NCBI GenBank assembly: GCA_964016885.1
Contig: OZ024740.1
Location: 424,700,001 to 424,764,000, forward strand
Direction: 5' to 3'
Source: Eledone cirrhosa
Taxonomy: Eukaryota
Length of the DNA: 64,000 nt
The notes under the pieces are model-generated. The model did not search any database, was not told the DNA's origin, and saw nothing but the letters and a program-made list of their open reading frames with translations. The stretch's first letter is position 1. Each line of letters opens with the position of its first letter. This document shows, in pieces, positions 1 through 15,259 of the stretch. The position numbers and the translations under genes were made by a program.

Positions 1-722
1 ATATATATACACATGTATGTATGTATATATATATATATATATGCGACAATATGGTGAAATTTGAAGAAAGTGAAAAATACCCGAGAGACTAAGAAAAGAG
101 TCGGGTTTTGGCAAAATCTCTTGGGAGACTTGGTTCATTTAGCGAGGCGACATCTTGTCTCATTCTCAGCATGTGTGTGTGTATGTGTGTCTATATGTGT
201 GTTTGTGTATCTGTGTGTGTGTGTGTATGTGTTTGTGTGTGTCTATATGTGTGTACATATGACTATGTATGTGTATGTGCGCGCTCGTGTGTGTTTGTGT
301 ATGTGTGCGCGTGTGAACGCGCGTGCGTGTATGTGTTTCCATGTGCGTATGTGTGTATATTTGTACATGTGTCTGTATAATGTGTGTATGTTTATGAATG
401 TGTGTGTGTGTGTACGTGTATGTATGTATGTATGTGTATGTGCGTGCTTGTGTGTGTACGTGTATGTATGTATGTATGTATGTGTATGTGCGTGCTTGTG
501 TGTGTTTTATGTGTGTCTGCGTGCGAACGCGCGTGCGTGCATGTGTGTGTGTCTGTGTTTATGTATGTATATGAATGTATGTGTGTATGTGATGTGTATC
601 TCTGTATGTGTGTGTGTGTGTGTATATGCACGCGTGCCTCTATGTGTGTGTGTATGTGTCTGTGCATGCGTGCGTGCCTCTGTGTGCGTATGTGTATATA
701 TCTATATATGCGTGCGTGCCTC

Positions 723-798
<76 letters not shown>

Positions 799-1233
799 TG
801 CGTGCCTCTGTATGTGTTTATCTGTATTTCCAGAGGCTAAACTAGGTTCTAATTTAAAATCTTTTTTATTAAATCTTTTCCATATTTCTCCATTAGTTAT
901 TTACAGTTCGGAGCTCCCTTTAATGGTGTAGGAATAATTGTTTCTACTTTTGGAACCAGACCAGCAAAACCCAGTACATTACTGGTACTTTATTTTATCG
1001 ACCCCGTAAGGATGAAAGGCAAAGTTAACCTCGGAAGAATTTGAACTCAGATCAGAAAGGGGCGTAACTCTGTGCTACAAAGCATGTTATCCAACACTCT
1101 ACCGATACTGCCAAACCAACACCAATACTGTATAAATTGGTATAAACAGCTTTGTAAAATAATACTTTTATCACTAACAAAAACCAAATTAGATTAAATT
1201 GATTGATTGTAAAGCAAATATATATATATATTG

Positions 1234-1306
<73 letters not shown>

Positions 1307-1407
1307 GCTTTATATATATATATATATAGCTTTATATATATATATATATATATATATAGCTTTATATATATATATATATAGCTTTATATATATATATATA
1401 TATATAT

Positions 1408-1603
1408 AATAGGAACCAGTAAGACCCCGACAGCTGAGCTCAAGCCGTTTCGACGGCTAATTCTGCGTCCAGAATTAGCCGTCGAAACGGCTTGAGCTCA
1501 GCTGTCGGGGTCTTACTGGTTCCTATTACCCACTCTACTACCTCAAGTATTGAGTACTTTGGTGCGTTATGGTCCACCTGGTTCCTTACCACATTTCCTT
1601 CGT
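1408..1603 (+). mobile_element. Family A hairpin-plus-tail element (inverted pLTR remnant) in (TA)n
   Basis: Perfect inverted repeat 1408-1527 around cgtc, then a ~75 bp one-sided tail. Carries the 3' half of a hammerhead (GAA ACGGC...GCYGU C). Confidence 0.8.
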
Positions 1604-1634
<31 letters not shown>

Positions 1635-1675
1635 CTTTATATATATATACATATATACATATATATATATATATG

Positions 1676-1723
<48 letters not shown>

Positions 1724-1853
1724 CAAGTTAATATAATCTATTAAATTTCGTGGCAAGTTAATATAGTTTCGTTGACAAATATATCAATATACCCAGACAT
1801 GCTAACACTGTTAGTTAATAAAACAATGTATTTCTAAGCACTCTTTGGTTATT

Positions 1854-1967
<114 letters not shown>

Positions 1968-3360
1968 ATTCCTACATCCGTTAACGTTTCAACATGTCGG
2001 GCTCGTCGGTGAAATGAAGTGATATTGAGTGGTGTGTTGTTGTGGTGTATAGTAGACAACAACGTATCATGGTTATGAGGTAACTGATAAAATCGTCATT
2101 TAATATCTTAATCATAATATCTCTTCTCCTCTAGGTCCCGTAACTCCCGTTGGATTCACAGGAGCGTCGTAATGACATACGGCGTTCTATGGCATTTTAA
2201 AAACCTGGCGGAGACTTTCTTCATTCCGGGTCTGAATACAGCAGATTTCTTCCAGAGAATCTAAACTATAATAAAGTAAGGAGTGTGGGACAGCGTCCAT
2301 ATATATTTTTTTTATCCCCTTTGTGAAATAAGTTGGATTACTTTGAATAAATAATTGTTTCTACTTTTGGCACAAGGCCAGCAATTACCCAGTGTATTAC
2401 TGGTACTTTATTTTATCGACCCCGTAAGGATGAAAGGCAAAGTTAACCTCGACGGGATTTGAACTCAGATCGTAAAGGGACTACGCTGGAAAGCATGTCT
2501 GACCCTCTACCAATACTGCCAACCAATACTCACCACCCTACTTTGAATAAATAATGAATGAATATTACATAATTTATCTATTAAATTTCGTGGCTGTTCA
2601 TTAAACATATTTTATTACTTATTTAAAGATTCACTTCTTGAAAATTTTCAAATATCAACACTTCCGGTTAGCGATCGCTTAAATAAATATATTTCCATCA
2701 ATGGATTACGTTACTGATTACATAAGAGAGTGTAACGCAGTCTTCATTCAATTTCTGTGTATAATGTCAATTACCGTTTTATTTGATGTATCATATCCAC
2801 ATGCATATATACTTGCGTATAATATCAATATGCACACTACACAGGCTAGCAGAAAACCACCCGAGTGTGGTTTTCTGCTAGTGATTGATAGTGAGAGAAC
2901 AGAGAAAGAGATATAGAGGAAAAAATAGACCTCACTACTAGACGAGTATTTTTATCATTGACCTCGGACGGAAGAAAGGCACAGTTGACCTCGGTGAGAT
3001 TTGAACTTAGAGATGAGAGAACCAGAACGAACACTGTAACATTCTAACAACTCTGTCAATTCACAGCCTTATCAGAATATAAATTGTTTAAAGATTAACT
3101 CATGGTTACTTCTACAGTTTATATCGCATCTGTTGTATGTTTATATTTATTGTTATTATTAATTATATTCTTATATATTTATCTCTGATGTACTCTGAGA
3201 TTCCTTTGTTTTTTCATAACCTGTTTTTATTTATTTTTATTTATTTTTCCTTTACTTATTTTTGTTGGTTTCATATCTATATTTGATTTTCTGAACACTA
3301 GAGAAGAATGAAAGAAAGAACAGAAAGAAAGACTGAGAGAGAGGCAGGCACTGAAATAGG

Positions 3361-3438
<78 letters not shown>

Positions 3439-3792
3439 GTAAGAGAGAGAAAGAGAGAGTAACAGAGAAAGTTATATATATATATATATAGTTGTATAAG
3501 AGTGTTGTATACCTTTGTTGTTACGTGATAACTTCCTGATGATAAGCAGATCCTAGCGGGCCAAAGCACTACACGTCAGTAGTTTGCCCCAGGTAGGTGA
3601 TATTGAGTCATATTGCTTCAGAAACATCCGATGATGTTGACCAGTTCTACGTTTCGGGTAGTATTTTCGATGCTCAGAGAGTGGGATTGGTCGAGTGCAA
3701 GGCCTTTCCCCTCTTAGAAAACCTTCAAAGCACAGGCCTGCTTGATCTGTTACAAGCGATTGCAATACTCTTAGCAGAGTTTCCAGCCATTA

Positions 3793-3980
3793 GGTGGATT
3801 GGCAGTATCGGTAGAGAGTCGGACCCCATGCTTTGAAGCATAGAGTTACGCCCCTTTATGATCTGAGTTCAAATCCCGCCGTCTATAACTTTGCCTTTCA
3901 TCCTTACGAGGTCGATAAAATAAAGTACCAGTAATGCACTGTGTAATTGCTGGCCTTGTGCCAAAAGTAGAAACAATTAT
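3793..3980 (+). mobile_element. tRNA-derived SINE with Meta-like central domain (representative copy)
   Basis: A box tggcagtatcgg, B box gagttcaaatcc, core gcctttcatcctt.cg.ggtcgataaaataaagtaccag. Other copies at ~934-1115, 2350-2535, 2905-3070, 7232-7338, 13434-13566, 34760-34825, 39518-39990, 41812-41997, 49988-50190, 54242-54395, 54725-54860. Confidence 0.85.
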
Positions 3981-4118
3981 ATAATTACTTATGTATAGAT
4001 GAATGTGTATGTCAGTGCGTATATATTTTTGCGTGGGTGTATTTGTTTGCGAACCTTTGTTTCTGTGGGTATATGTACATGTATATATATATGTATATAT
4101 ATATGTACATATATATAT

Positions 4119-4430
4119 GAAGGCCCCACTCGGTCACGAATGACCATGGCTTTTCACCTAGAAAGTTTCCCTCCGAGGCACAAGCTTGGGCAAGGTTTGT
4201 TTTGAGGAAGACCAGCAGTCGCCCATGTGTACCAGTCTCCCCTCTGCGTCGATAATGTGTAAGGGAAAGGCAATGGCCGATACAGCTTAGCACCAATGGC
4301 GTCGCAACTCATTTCTACAGCTGAGTAAACTGGAGCAACGTGAAATAAAGTGTCTTGCTCAAGGACACAACACATCGAGAATCGAACTCACAACATCTCA
4401 ATTGCAAGCCCAAAGCTCTAACCACTAAGC
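4119..4430 (-). mobile_element. tRNA-derived CORE-type SINE (representative copy)
   Basis: Minus strand gtgtccttgagcaagacactttatttcacgttgctccagtttactcagctgtagaaatg resembles the MIR CORE. Other copies at ~19820-20060, 20580-20692, 21288-21395, 21516-21620, 38845-38900, 55870-56103. Confidence 0.8.
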
Positions 4431-4557
4431 TAATATATATATAAGAAACACACGCACCAGTTGCTTTCACTTCAATTTATTATAATAAATTTATAAATTT
4501 ATAAATTTTTGGTTGGTTGGTTGGTTGGTTCCACAACCAGATAGTTGTTTATATATT

Positions 4558-4600
4558 GTCATAGTTCTTTCGTCACACACTCTGTGACTTCTTCAGTGAC
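4558..4600 (-). ncRNA. Type I minimal hammerhead ribozyme
   Basis: Minus strand reads GUCA CUGAAGA a GUCACA gagug UGUGAC GAA AG aa CU A UGAC: stem I 4 bp, stem II 6 bp, 2-bp stem III, CUA triplet. Confidence 0.75.
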
Positions 4601-4962
4601 TGGGGATTCTTTTCTTTGTTTTTGTGCCTCTCCTTTGTTCTGTCCTACGCCATTTTGTTTCTGTGTGTGTGTTGTGTGCTCAGTCCGCGCATGCGCCACA
4701 TCCGGGTGTCTGTGTGTGTTTATGTTCATTTATTTATTTGTTTATTTACATGTTACTGGCTGGTTGTTTGTTCTATGTGTGTGTTTTCATTTTGTCCTTA
4801 ATTGTAAGTTGTGATGTTGCTGTTCCACTCATATATAACAAAGTATAACAATATCGGTTTCAACACACGATTTCAGATAAAGAATCTTGCTAAACAAATT
4901 CAGAAACGAAATATATATATATAATATAATATATATACATAGATATATACATAGATATATAC

Positions 4963-5022
<60 letters not shown>

Positions 5023-5146
5023 ACATAAGTGCTCCACTAATATGAGGACTATCTACACGTCAGACTAAAACTATTTAACGTAGCTTTTCTTGTGTAGACT
5101 CTTACAGTACAAACAACAACAATGAAAACAACAGTAACTACATCAA

Positions 5147-5177
<31 letters not shown>

Positions 5178-5540
5178 AAAGATAACAATAACAACAACAA
5201 CAACAACAACAGCAACAACAACGCCAGCAACAGCAACAACAGCAACAATCCCAACAGCAACATCAACAGCAACAACAACGCCAGCAATGTGTATGGTGTG
5301 TGTGTGTGTGTGGGGGGGTATATATGTGTGTGTGTGGGGGTATATATGTGTGTGTGGGGGGGTATATATGTGTGTGTGTGGGGGGTATATATATGTGTGT
5401 GTGTGGGTGGGGGGTGGGGGGTATATATATGTGTGTGTGTGTGTGTGTGGGTATATATGTGTGCGTGTGCTTACGTGTTTATGTTTGTACATCTATATAT
5501 CTCTCTGTGTAAATATGTATATATATGTATATATATATTG

Positions 5541-5638
<98 letters not shown>

Positions 5639-5668
5639 TACAATATATATATATATATATATTGTATA

Positions 5669-5754
<86 letters not shown>

Positions 5755-5779
5755 ACAATATATATATATATATTGTATA

Positions 5780-5881
<102 letters not shown>

Positions 5882-5943
5882 ATATATGTATATATATATA
5901 ATTGTTGTTCACAGTCCAAATTTTCAAAATAGTAGGTTACTCT

Positions 5944-5985
<42 letters not shown>

Positions 5986-6390
5986 CGCTCTGTTTATGTT
6001 GGATGCTGTAAGTAATGGGTAGATCTAATCACTCAGATTAACCGACCGTGATGCAATTATCAAAAGCACTCGACACTATCCCAATCATTCATCGTACATC
6101 TGCTTAAATACAATACGTATTTTTATGGTCGGCTTACGCCATCAGATCATTGCGCAAGACATACGACTGTGTAATCAGGTGTAATTCACATTAAAGATTT
6201 AAAATATTTAGTTTTCAACTACTGGGTTAGGGTAAAATATAGACAAAGAATTGATACAGAGGCGCTCCGTCAATGAATGCGATACCGCGATAGACGGCGC
6301 ATGCACACACACACACACTCATATTCACAGACACACACACACACGCACGCACACACACACACACACACACTCATATTCACACACACACAC

Positions 6391-6428
<38 letters not shown>

Positions 6429-6839
6429 ATATTCACACGCACACACACACACGCACACACACACACACACTCATATTCACACACACACACACACTCATAT
6501 TCACACACACACACATATATACACACACTCATATTCACAGACATACACATATATACACACACTCATATTCACAGACACACACATATATACACACACACAC
6601 ACACTCATATTCACAGACACACACATACACACACTCTTATTCACAGACACGCACATATACACACACACACACACACACACTCATATTCACAGTCACACAC
6701 AGACACACACATATATACACATACACACACACACACTCATATTCACAGACACACACAGACACACAAACACACATACACACATATATGTGTGTTAGGTGCA
6801 TAACTACAGTTACAGGCGGCGCGCCGTTCGATTCTACTT

Positions 6840-6897
<58 letters not shown>

Positions 6898-7335
6898 TAT
6901 ATAGATACAGTGGGTTTGCCACTCAGATGCGGGGCATCTTGGTCAAATTTCCTTTACCATGGACCCAGATACACTGAAGTCATGTGAGTGTAATACGGTA
7001 GGCAGAGACTGTGCGGAAACCTATGACCTGAATATATAACTGTGTTAGGCTAATTTCAGTTGAGAATCTCGTTAAAGGGTCACGTGTGTGAGGAATGTTT
7101 GGCCACTTCTCATAGTAATACGTTGAATGGGATAAATTGATCGAACAAATGGAAGTTCCTACAATGTTCTCGGTATAGAGGTTTATTATTATTATATAAG
7201 AATATATAAAGTATAATATATATATAATATATAATTGTTTCTACTTTAGGCACAAGGCCAGCAATTACCCAGTACATTACTGGTACTTTATTTTATCGAC
7301 CCCGTAAGGATGAAAGGAAAAGTTAACCTCGGCGG

Positions 7336-7396
<61 letters not shown>

Positions 7397-7397
<1 letters not shown>

Positions 7398-7596
7398 ATG
7401 AAGGAGTTGTGGTAAGGAACCAGGTGGACCATAACGCACCAGAGTACTCAATACTTAGGGTAGTAGAGTCTGTAATGGGAAAATGTATGACCCCGACGGC
7501 AGAGCTCAAGCCATTTCGACGGCTATTTCTGGACTATTTCAGAAATAGCCGTCGAAACGGCTTGAGCTCTGCCGTCGGGGTCATACATTTTCCTAT
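7397..7596 (-). mobile_element. Family A hairpin-plus-tail element
   Basis: Same sequence family, flanked by (TA)n. Confidence 0.8.
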
Positions 7597-7727
7597 ATAT
7601 ATATATATATATATATACATACATGCACACATATATATACCGAACATTTATTATAATATTCGGTTTGTTTGTAAACAAACAGCCCAAATTAAGCCGTACA
7701 GTGCTCGACAACCATCGTCGCCCTTTA

Positions 7728-7814
7728 GTTCAACACTGACACAGGAACGATGTACTAGTTTCACGCTTATTAGTTATCGTCAGCATCGTATACCTTCCTG
7801 TCAGATGATTGAAC
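7728..7814 (-). ncRNA. Family D hammerhead with mutated stem II
   Basis: Core CUGACGA, GAAA and GUA are intact, but stem II reads aact/agcg (two substitutions). Confidence 0.6.
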
Positions 7815-8404
7815 GTCTGTAAGTATATACTTTCCTTATGTATATTAACGGCTGAGTAGCCCAATTTGCATATCGAGTGGGTTAATCGGCCGGGCGTACC
7901 GAAAAAGATAAATGGAAAAGAATGAAGCGAAATTTCATTTCTCACTCTTAGTACGGCTGATACCTAAATATAAGTATGTATACGTACATATATTTGTACA
8001 AACGCACAGTAGTATGTATATATATACATACATGCACACACATATATATATATATATGTACGTATGGGTTTACCGAACATTTATTATAATGTACGGCGTA
8101 ATTGGGGTTGTTTGTTTACAAACAAACCGAACATTATAATAAACGTTCGGTAAACCCATACGTACATATATATATGTGTGCATGTATGTATATATATACA
8201 TACTACTGTGCGTCTGTACACATATATGTATGTACATATACATACTTATATTTAGGTATCAGCCGTACTAAGAGTGAGAAATGAAATTTCGCTTCATTCT
8301 TTTCCATTTATCGTTTTCGGTATGCCCGGCCGACTAACTCACTCGATATGCAAATTAGGCTGCTCAGCCGTTAATATGCATAATGAAAATATATATTTTT
8401 AGAC

Positions 8405-8491
8405 GTTCAATCATCTGACAGAAAGGTATTCGATGCTGACGATAGCTAATAAGCTTGAAACTAGTACATCGTTCCTGTGTCAGTGTTGAAC
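8405..8491 (+). ncRNA. Type I hammerhead ribozyme, family D
   Basis: CGAUG CUGACGA u AGCU aaua AGCU u GAA ACUAGU A CAUCG, with stem I extended by ctgaca/tgtcag and gttcaa/ttgaac. Confidence 0.85.
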
Positions 8492-8732
8492 AATAGGGCG
8501 ACGATGGTTGCCGAGCACTGTACGGCGTAATTCGGGCTGTTTGTTTACAAACAAACCGAACATTATAATAAATGTTCGGTAAACCCATACGTACATATAT
8601 ATATGTGTGCATGTATGTATGTATATACATACTACTGTACGTCTGTACACATATATGTATGTACGTATACATACTTATATTTAGGTATCAGCCGTACTAA
8701 GAGTGAGAAATGAAATTTCGTTTCATTCTTTT

Positions 8733-8915
<183 letters not shown>

Positions 8916-9101
8916 AGTATGTACACGTGCATACATATATGTATACAGACGTGCAGTAGTATGTATATATATATACATACATGCACACATATATATATGT
9001 ACGTATGGATTCACCGAACATTTATTATAATGCTCGGTGTGTTTGTAAACAAACATCCCGAATTACGCCGTACAGTGCTCGGCAACCATCGTTGCTCGTT
9101 T

Positions 9102-9188
9102 GTTCAACACTGACAAAGGAACGCTGTACTAGTTTCAAGCTTATTAGCTATCGTCAGCAACGTATACCTTCCTGCCAGATTGTTGAAC
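9102..9188 (-). ncRNA. Type I hammerhead ribozyme, family D
   Basis: Reverse complement reads ACGUUG CUGACGA u AGCU aaua AGCU u GAA ACUAGU A CAGCGU with a long bulged stem I. Confidence 0.85.
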
Positions 9189-9527
9189 GTATATACTTAC
9201 CTTATGCATATTAACGGCTGAGTAGCCCAATTTGCATATCAAGTGGGTTAATCGGCCGGATGCACCGAAAACGATAAACGGAAAAAATGAAACGAAATTT
9301 CATTTCCCACTCTTAGTACAGCTGTTACTTAAATATAAGTATGTACACGTACATACATATATATATACAGACGTACAGTAGTATTTCATTATTTTTATTT
9401 CATTCCTTTTATTTTGATCATGCTTTATTTTTATTTTTATTTTTAATTTCATTCGCACCGTTTCCTTTCGTTATATGTCTCTCCACCACTCCCCTACACA
9501 CCCTTTGAACTCTGTTCCCACACACTT

Positions 9528-9563
9528 CTCACCTGAGGAAGGGCTTATGCCCGAAACGTCGTT
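9528..9563 (+). ncRNA. Penelope-type minimal hammerhead motif with weak stem I
   Basis: CUGAGGA a GGGC uuau GCCC GAA ACGU C; only 2 bp of stem I (ac/gt). Lies in a ~270 bp pLTR-like piece (9385-9655) containing aataaa. Confidence 0.6.
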
Positions 9564-10493
9564 CCCCACCACCACCCCACTCTCTAGAGCGTGAAATTAA
9601 TAAACATTCATTGTACTGCCTCTCTGTTTTGTTCCTGTTCAAATTTTTCCATTATGTATATATATATACATACATGCACACATATATATATGTACGTATG
9701 GATTCACCGAACATTTATTATAATGCTCGGTGTGTTTGTAAACAAATATCCCGTATCAAGCCGTAGTTCAGCAACCATCGCTGCTCGTTTGTTCAACACT
9801 GACAAAGGAACGCTAATAAGCTTGAAACTAGTACAGCGTTCCTTTGTCAGTGTTGAACAAACGAGCAACGATGGTTGCTAGACACTACGGCTTAATACGG
9901 GTTGTTTGTTTACAAACACACCGGGCATTATAATAAATGTTCGGTGAATCCATACGTACATATATATATGTGTGCATGTATGTATAATATATATATGCAT
10001 ACTACTGCACGTCTGTATACATATATGTATGTACGTGTGCATACTTATATTTAAGTAACAGCCGTACTAAGAGTCGGAAATGAAATTTCGTTTCATTTTT
10101 TCCGTTTATATATATATATATGTATATATGTATAGATATATATCAATTCCAATGAAAGATTCATTTTAGATATTCTCAGAAACACAGGAAGACTGTAGCT
10201 ATAACTATCTCCCACCCCTTTCTACGCATGAATATGTTTGTGTATACACATATATATGTTTGTGTATACACATATATACACATACATAATCGTTGTTATA
10301 TACTTATATCAATTAATGTATTATATGTTTGTTTATGCGTATGTATATATTGTGTGTTAGTTTGTTTGTGTGTTTAAATGATTCTCTCTATTGTTTGTAT
10401 ATGTGTGCGTATATATGTGTTTGCGTGTTGAATTCTGTGTGCGATTGTGTGTATATTTTGTCATGTGTATAATTGAGTTTAAACATGTATGTC

Positions 10494-10525
<32 letters not shown>

Positions 10526-10725
10526 TGTATGTATGTATGTATGTATGTATGTATGTATGTATATGATGTATGTATGTATATGATGTATGTATATGATGTA
10601 TGTATGTATGTATGCATGTATGTATGTATATAATGTATGTATGTATGTACGTATGTATGTATGTATGTATGTATGTATGTATGTATGTATGTATATGATG
10701 TATGTATATGTATGTATTATGTATG

Positions 10726-10757
<32 letters not shown>

Positions 10758-10969
10758 CATGTATATGTATGTATATGATGTATGTATGTATATGTATGTA
10801 TGTATATAATGTATGTATGTATGTGTGTATGTATGTATGTATGTATGTATGTATGTATGTATGTATGTATGTATGTATATGTATGTATGTATATATGTAT
10901 GTATGTATATATGTATGTATGTGTGCATGTATGAATGTATGTATATATGTATCTATGTATGTGCGTTAA

Positions 10970-11040
<71 letters not shown>

Positions 11041-11706
11041 TTAAATATATATAAATAAATATATATATATGTATGTCTGTCTGTTCTGTTCGGCTGATTG
11101 TTGCGCCCGGTAAACGTATATTTTGGAGAAACACTGAGCCAACCTAGGGTTCAGTGCCGCTGACCTTCTCTTGTCACAAGGCTGAGCTGGAGAGAGGGTT
11201 TCAACGAATCGGTAAATCAAGACATGAATCTGGATTAGATATCGGTCTACTGTGCTGCACTGTGAAGAATTTGTTGTAGAGTTAGTGGAGGAGGAGTGGG
11301 CTGAGGGAGGGAGAGAGAGGGAGAGAGAGAGTTAGAGAGAGGGAGAGAGAGAGTTAGAGAGATGGAGAGAGATAGAGAGAGGGAGAGAGAGGGAGAAAGG
11401 GGGAGAGAGAGGGAGAGAGAGATAGAGAGAGAGGGAGAGAGGGGGAGATAGAGAGATAGAGAGAGGGAGACAGAGGGAGAGAGAGAGTGGGAGAGTGGGA
11501 GATGGAGAGAGAGAGAAAGAAAGGAGAGTGAAATAGCGAGAGTTAACTAACTAGGTAGATAGATAGCTAGAGAGAGAGAGTGTGGGAGAGAGAGAAAGAA
11601 AAGAGAGTGAAAGAACTAGCTAGCTCAATAGATATATAGATAGATAGAAGAGGGAAAGAGAGTGAAGTGAGAGAGGAAGAGAGAGAGAGAGGGAGAGGGA
11701 GAGAGA

Positions 11707-11764
<58 letters not shown>

Positions 11765-11821
11765 AAGAACGTGAGCGTGTGATAGTGAAAGAGAGAGAGA
11801 GGAAGAGAGTGAAAGGGCGAG

Positions 11822-11856
<35 letters not shown>

Positions 11857-11891
11857 AAATATATATATGTATATAAGAGTGATATATAGAT

Positions 11892-12084
11892 ATAACAAAG
11901 GAATTGTGGTAAGGAACCAGATGGACCATAACGCACCAGAGTACTCAATACTTAGGGTAGTAGAGTGGGAAATAGGAAAATGTATGACCCCGACGGCAGA
12001 GCTCAAGCCGTTTCGGCGGTTATTTCTGGACTCAGAAATAGCCGTCGAAACGGCTTGAGCTCTGCCGTCGGGGTCATACTTTTT

Positions 12085-12088
<4 letters not shown>
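11892..12088 (-). mobile_element. Family A hairpin-plus-tail element
   Basis: Same sequence family, flanked by (TA)n. Confidence 0.8.
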
Positions 12089-12165
<77 letters not shown>

Positions 12166-12353
12166 GGAAAGTGAGAGAGGGGGAAAGGAAGAATGGAAAG
12201 AGAGACATGGGCAAGATGATAATGATACTGAAAAGGAGAGAAAAAGGAAAAGGCTCAATGAATGCGGTATAGGAATAGATAGAGTAAAGGGAGAACTGAG
12301 AGAGATAGAGAGAGAGGGTGTGTGTGTAAGAGAGAGAGAGAGAGAAAGAGAGA

Positions 12354-12396
<43 letters not shown>

Positions 12397-12722
12397 AGAG
12401 GTTGGATCGGTGGGTTGGTGTTTGGGCAGAGAGGGGAGGCAGGGATGTTTGAGGTGGAGGGAGTGGTCTGGGTGGTATAGTGGTGGCTGCAAGGTGGCTG
12501 GAGGGGGTGGAGAATTGTGAATGACGAGTAAATAAAGTCTGAAGAGTGATGGCAGTCAGGAAGTTCAGTAGCCAAGAGAAGAAACCTTTTGACCCGTTGT
12601 GAAATACTTAAATTGTTATGGAAGCAAAAATCAACAACGAACAACAACACAAGAGGAACTTGAGATGTTTGAAAGGTTTTTCTCTTTCTCCAGGAATATT
12701 GTGATGATAATTTACGTGTGTT

Positions 12723-12779
<57 letters not shown>

Positions 12780-12934
12780 CACCATCATCATCATCATCAT
12801 CATCGTTTAACGTCCGTGTTCCACGCTTGCATGGGTTTGGACGGGAGTTTTCCCACTTGAGGCAAGAGTGGTTGTCTTGCTCGCATAGGACTGTCTGGCG
12901 GGTTTTCTACGGCTGGATGCCCTTCCTAACACCA
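12780..12934 (-). mobile_element. SINE 3' fragment (Nin/Deu-like domain, RTE-type (GAT)n tail)
   Basis: Minus strand ttaggaagggcatccagccgtagaaaa ... ggacgttaaacgatgatgatg. Confidence 0.6.
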
Positions 12935-13990
12935 AGAGAGAGAGAGAGAGAGAGGTCAGGATTTTACCAGTGTTAAAATAAGACCATTATTTAGCAGTTT
13001 GAAACTAGTAAGACCATTATTGAATAGAGTACTCGATACTTGAGATAGTAGTGTGTAACTATATTAGGGAGAGCCGAGGCCAATTGGCTGAGCTCTTGCC
13101 GTTTCGACAGCTAATTTCAAACAAGTTTCTAAGGAAACACAGAGGAACAGCAAAAAGTAATGTCTAATATAATAAATAAATATTATATTTCACAACAGCA
13201 GCACCAACACTAACACCACAACGATCACACAATCAACAACAACATCATCATCAGCAACCTCAGTAATAACAGCAACAATAATCACAAGAGCAACAGTAAT
13301 AACAACAACAGCAACAACAGCAACGACAACAAGAGCAACACTGAACGTAGCGTCAGGAATAACAACAACAACAACAACAACAACAACAATATATAGTACC
13401 AGCAACAGCAACAGCAGTGAAAACCACAACAGAAATAATTGTTTCTACTTTTGGCACAAGGCCAGCAATTACCCAGTGTATTACTGGTACTTTATTTTAT
13501 TGACCCCGTAAGGATGAAAGGCAAAGTTAACCTCGGTGGAATTAGAACTCAGACCATAAAGGGCCACAACAGAAATAATGGTTTCTGATTTAGGCACAAG
13601 GCCAATAAATCTGGAGGGCAGGGCACGATCTAAACCTTGGGTCTCTGAGTACTTCAGGTTTGGAGGGAATCTCATACACACACACAAAAAAAAAAAGAAT
13701 ATATATCAACCCCTTTCTCCCAATTTTACATATCAAAGTTACTGCGTTCCAAACATATTTCTTTTGTTTATAAATGACTGATAAGTTTCAGAAAGCCGCT
13801 ACAATGTGGTAGAAATATATAAAGGGAAAGGGATAACAAATAAAACAAAACAAAGTAATGTTTTACCCAGTATGTTTCAACATGATATTTCGGGGTTAAG
13901 ATCCGCTTTTCAAATGTGAAACACGGCTTTCTGAAACTTTATTTCAGTCATTGACTACATCTCTCACAATGTTACTACTTTATATATATA

Positions 13991-14733
13991 CTAGCATTAA
14001 AGCCTGTCGTTGCTTGGGGTCAGTAAGTTACCAAAGTTAGGTTGCACCACCCATTTTATGGCAGCACTTTTTTGTCTGCCAGGCACTGGGTGAATGAATT
14101 GCAGACCTGGACTGCCGAAGCAGGAGCTGCGCCAGCATTGACAATTGTAGTTTCGCCTATGGATATTATCTCTGTGCAAAGAAGTGTTGAAATTTATTGT
14201 TTCACAGTACTTGCGCAACACGTACGTAGACGATGCCAGCCGAACAACAGAGCTGCGATGGAGTTGTTCTGCATGGTTGTCTAATGTGTGTTTTCTAAAT
14301 TTAAGACAGTAGGGAGGGGTGTGATATGGGGGAGAGTTAAGTTCTCTTTGTCATTGAAGTAAATAAATGTTTGACCGTTCCACACTCAAAAACAAACGTT
14401 CTCTCTCTCTCCCTCTCACTTTCTTCTCTCTCTCTCTTCGGCGTTCTTAAAGGAAGTTTGTAAGCATGTATGTAGTTTTATCGATTTGAAGGGGAGTAGA
14501 GAGAGGTAGGCAGATTCTATTAGAGGGGTAAAGCGTCATGTATTTAGTTTTATCGATTATTTCCATAATTCTGGGTGAGTTTGAATGGAATAAATAGTCG
14601 TTGACGTAAGTTAGACCATTTACAACATTCTCACAGACTTTGAGTCGAATCGGTTTGAAATTGTGCAAATGTATAAACATGGAACATGTGCACACACACA
14701 CAACAACAACAATCTGCCTTTTATAGATAATGA
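13991..14733 (-). mobile_element. Non-autonomous Helitron
   Basis: Minus strand A|TC...CTAG|T with a degenerate subterminal hairpin; inserted in (TA)n. Confidence 0.65.
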
Positions 14734-14744
14734 TATATATATAA

Positions 14745-14825
<81 letters not shown>

Positions 14826-15002
14826 TATATATATATACAAGTATCTATAAGCAGAAGGGATATTCAATTTGTTGGTAATTCAACAAATATAAATGTTAAT
14901 AACTGATTCAGAGCACTCGACAGTGTTCTGGAGTAAATATGCAATGATATTAAATAAATGGAAACTATATTTACTATATTTATAAAACCATATTTATTCT
15001 AT

Positions 15003-15059
<57 letters not shown>

Positions 15060-15075
15060 TAAAATAACAGATTAA

Positions 15076-15110
<35 letters not shown>

Positions 15111-15259
15111 CTTATATATATAGTAATAATAATAAATTTGAAGACTAAAAATCCAAAGAGGGCTCGATAAGGATAAATATATATCAAATATATAAGAACC
15201 GTAGAGCAAATATTTATTAAATTAACAGATTAAAGTTTAAGCAAAGAATCGCTAAAGCC

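Noticed and set aside
61-845. Long ORFs rich in YI/CV/HT/ER/LS repeats here and throughout the window
   Set aside because: They are translations of stop-free dinucleotide and tetranucleotide microsatellites, with no domain content.
3793-3880. Possible tRNA genes (A and B boxes)
   Set aside because: No cloverleaf; these are SINE heads followed by the SINE core.
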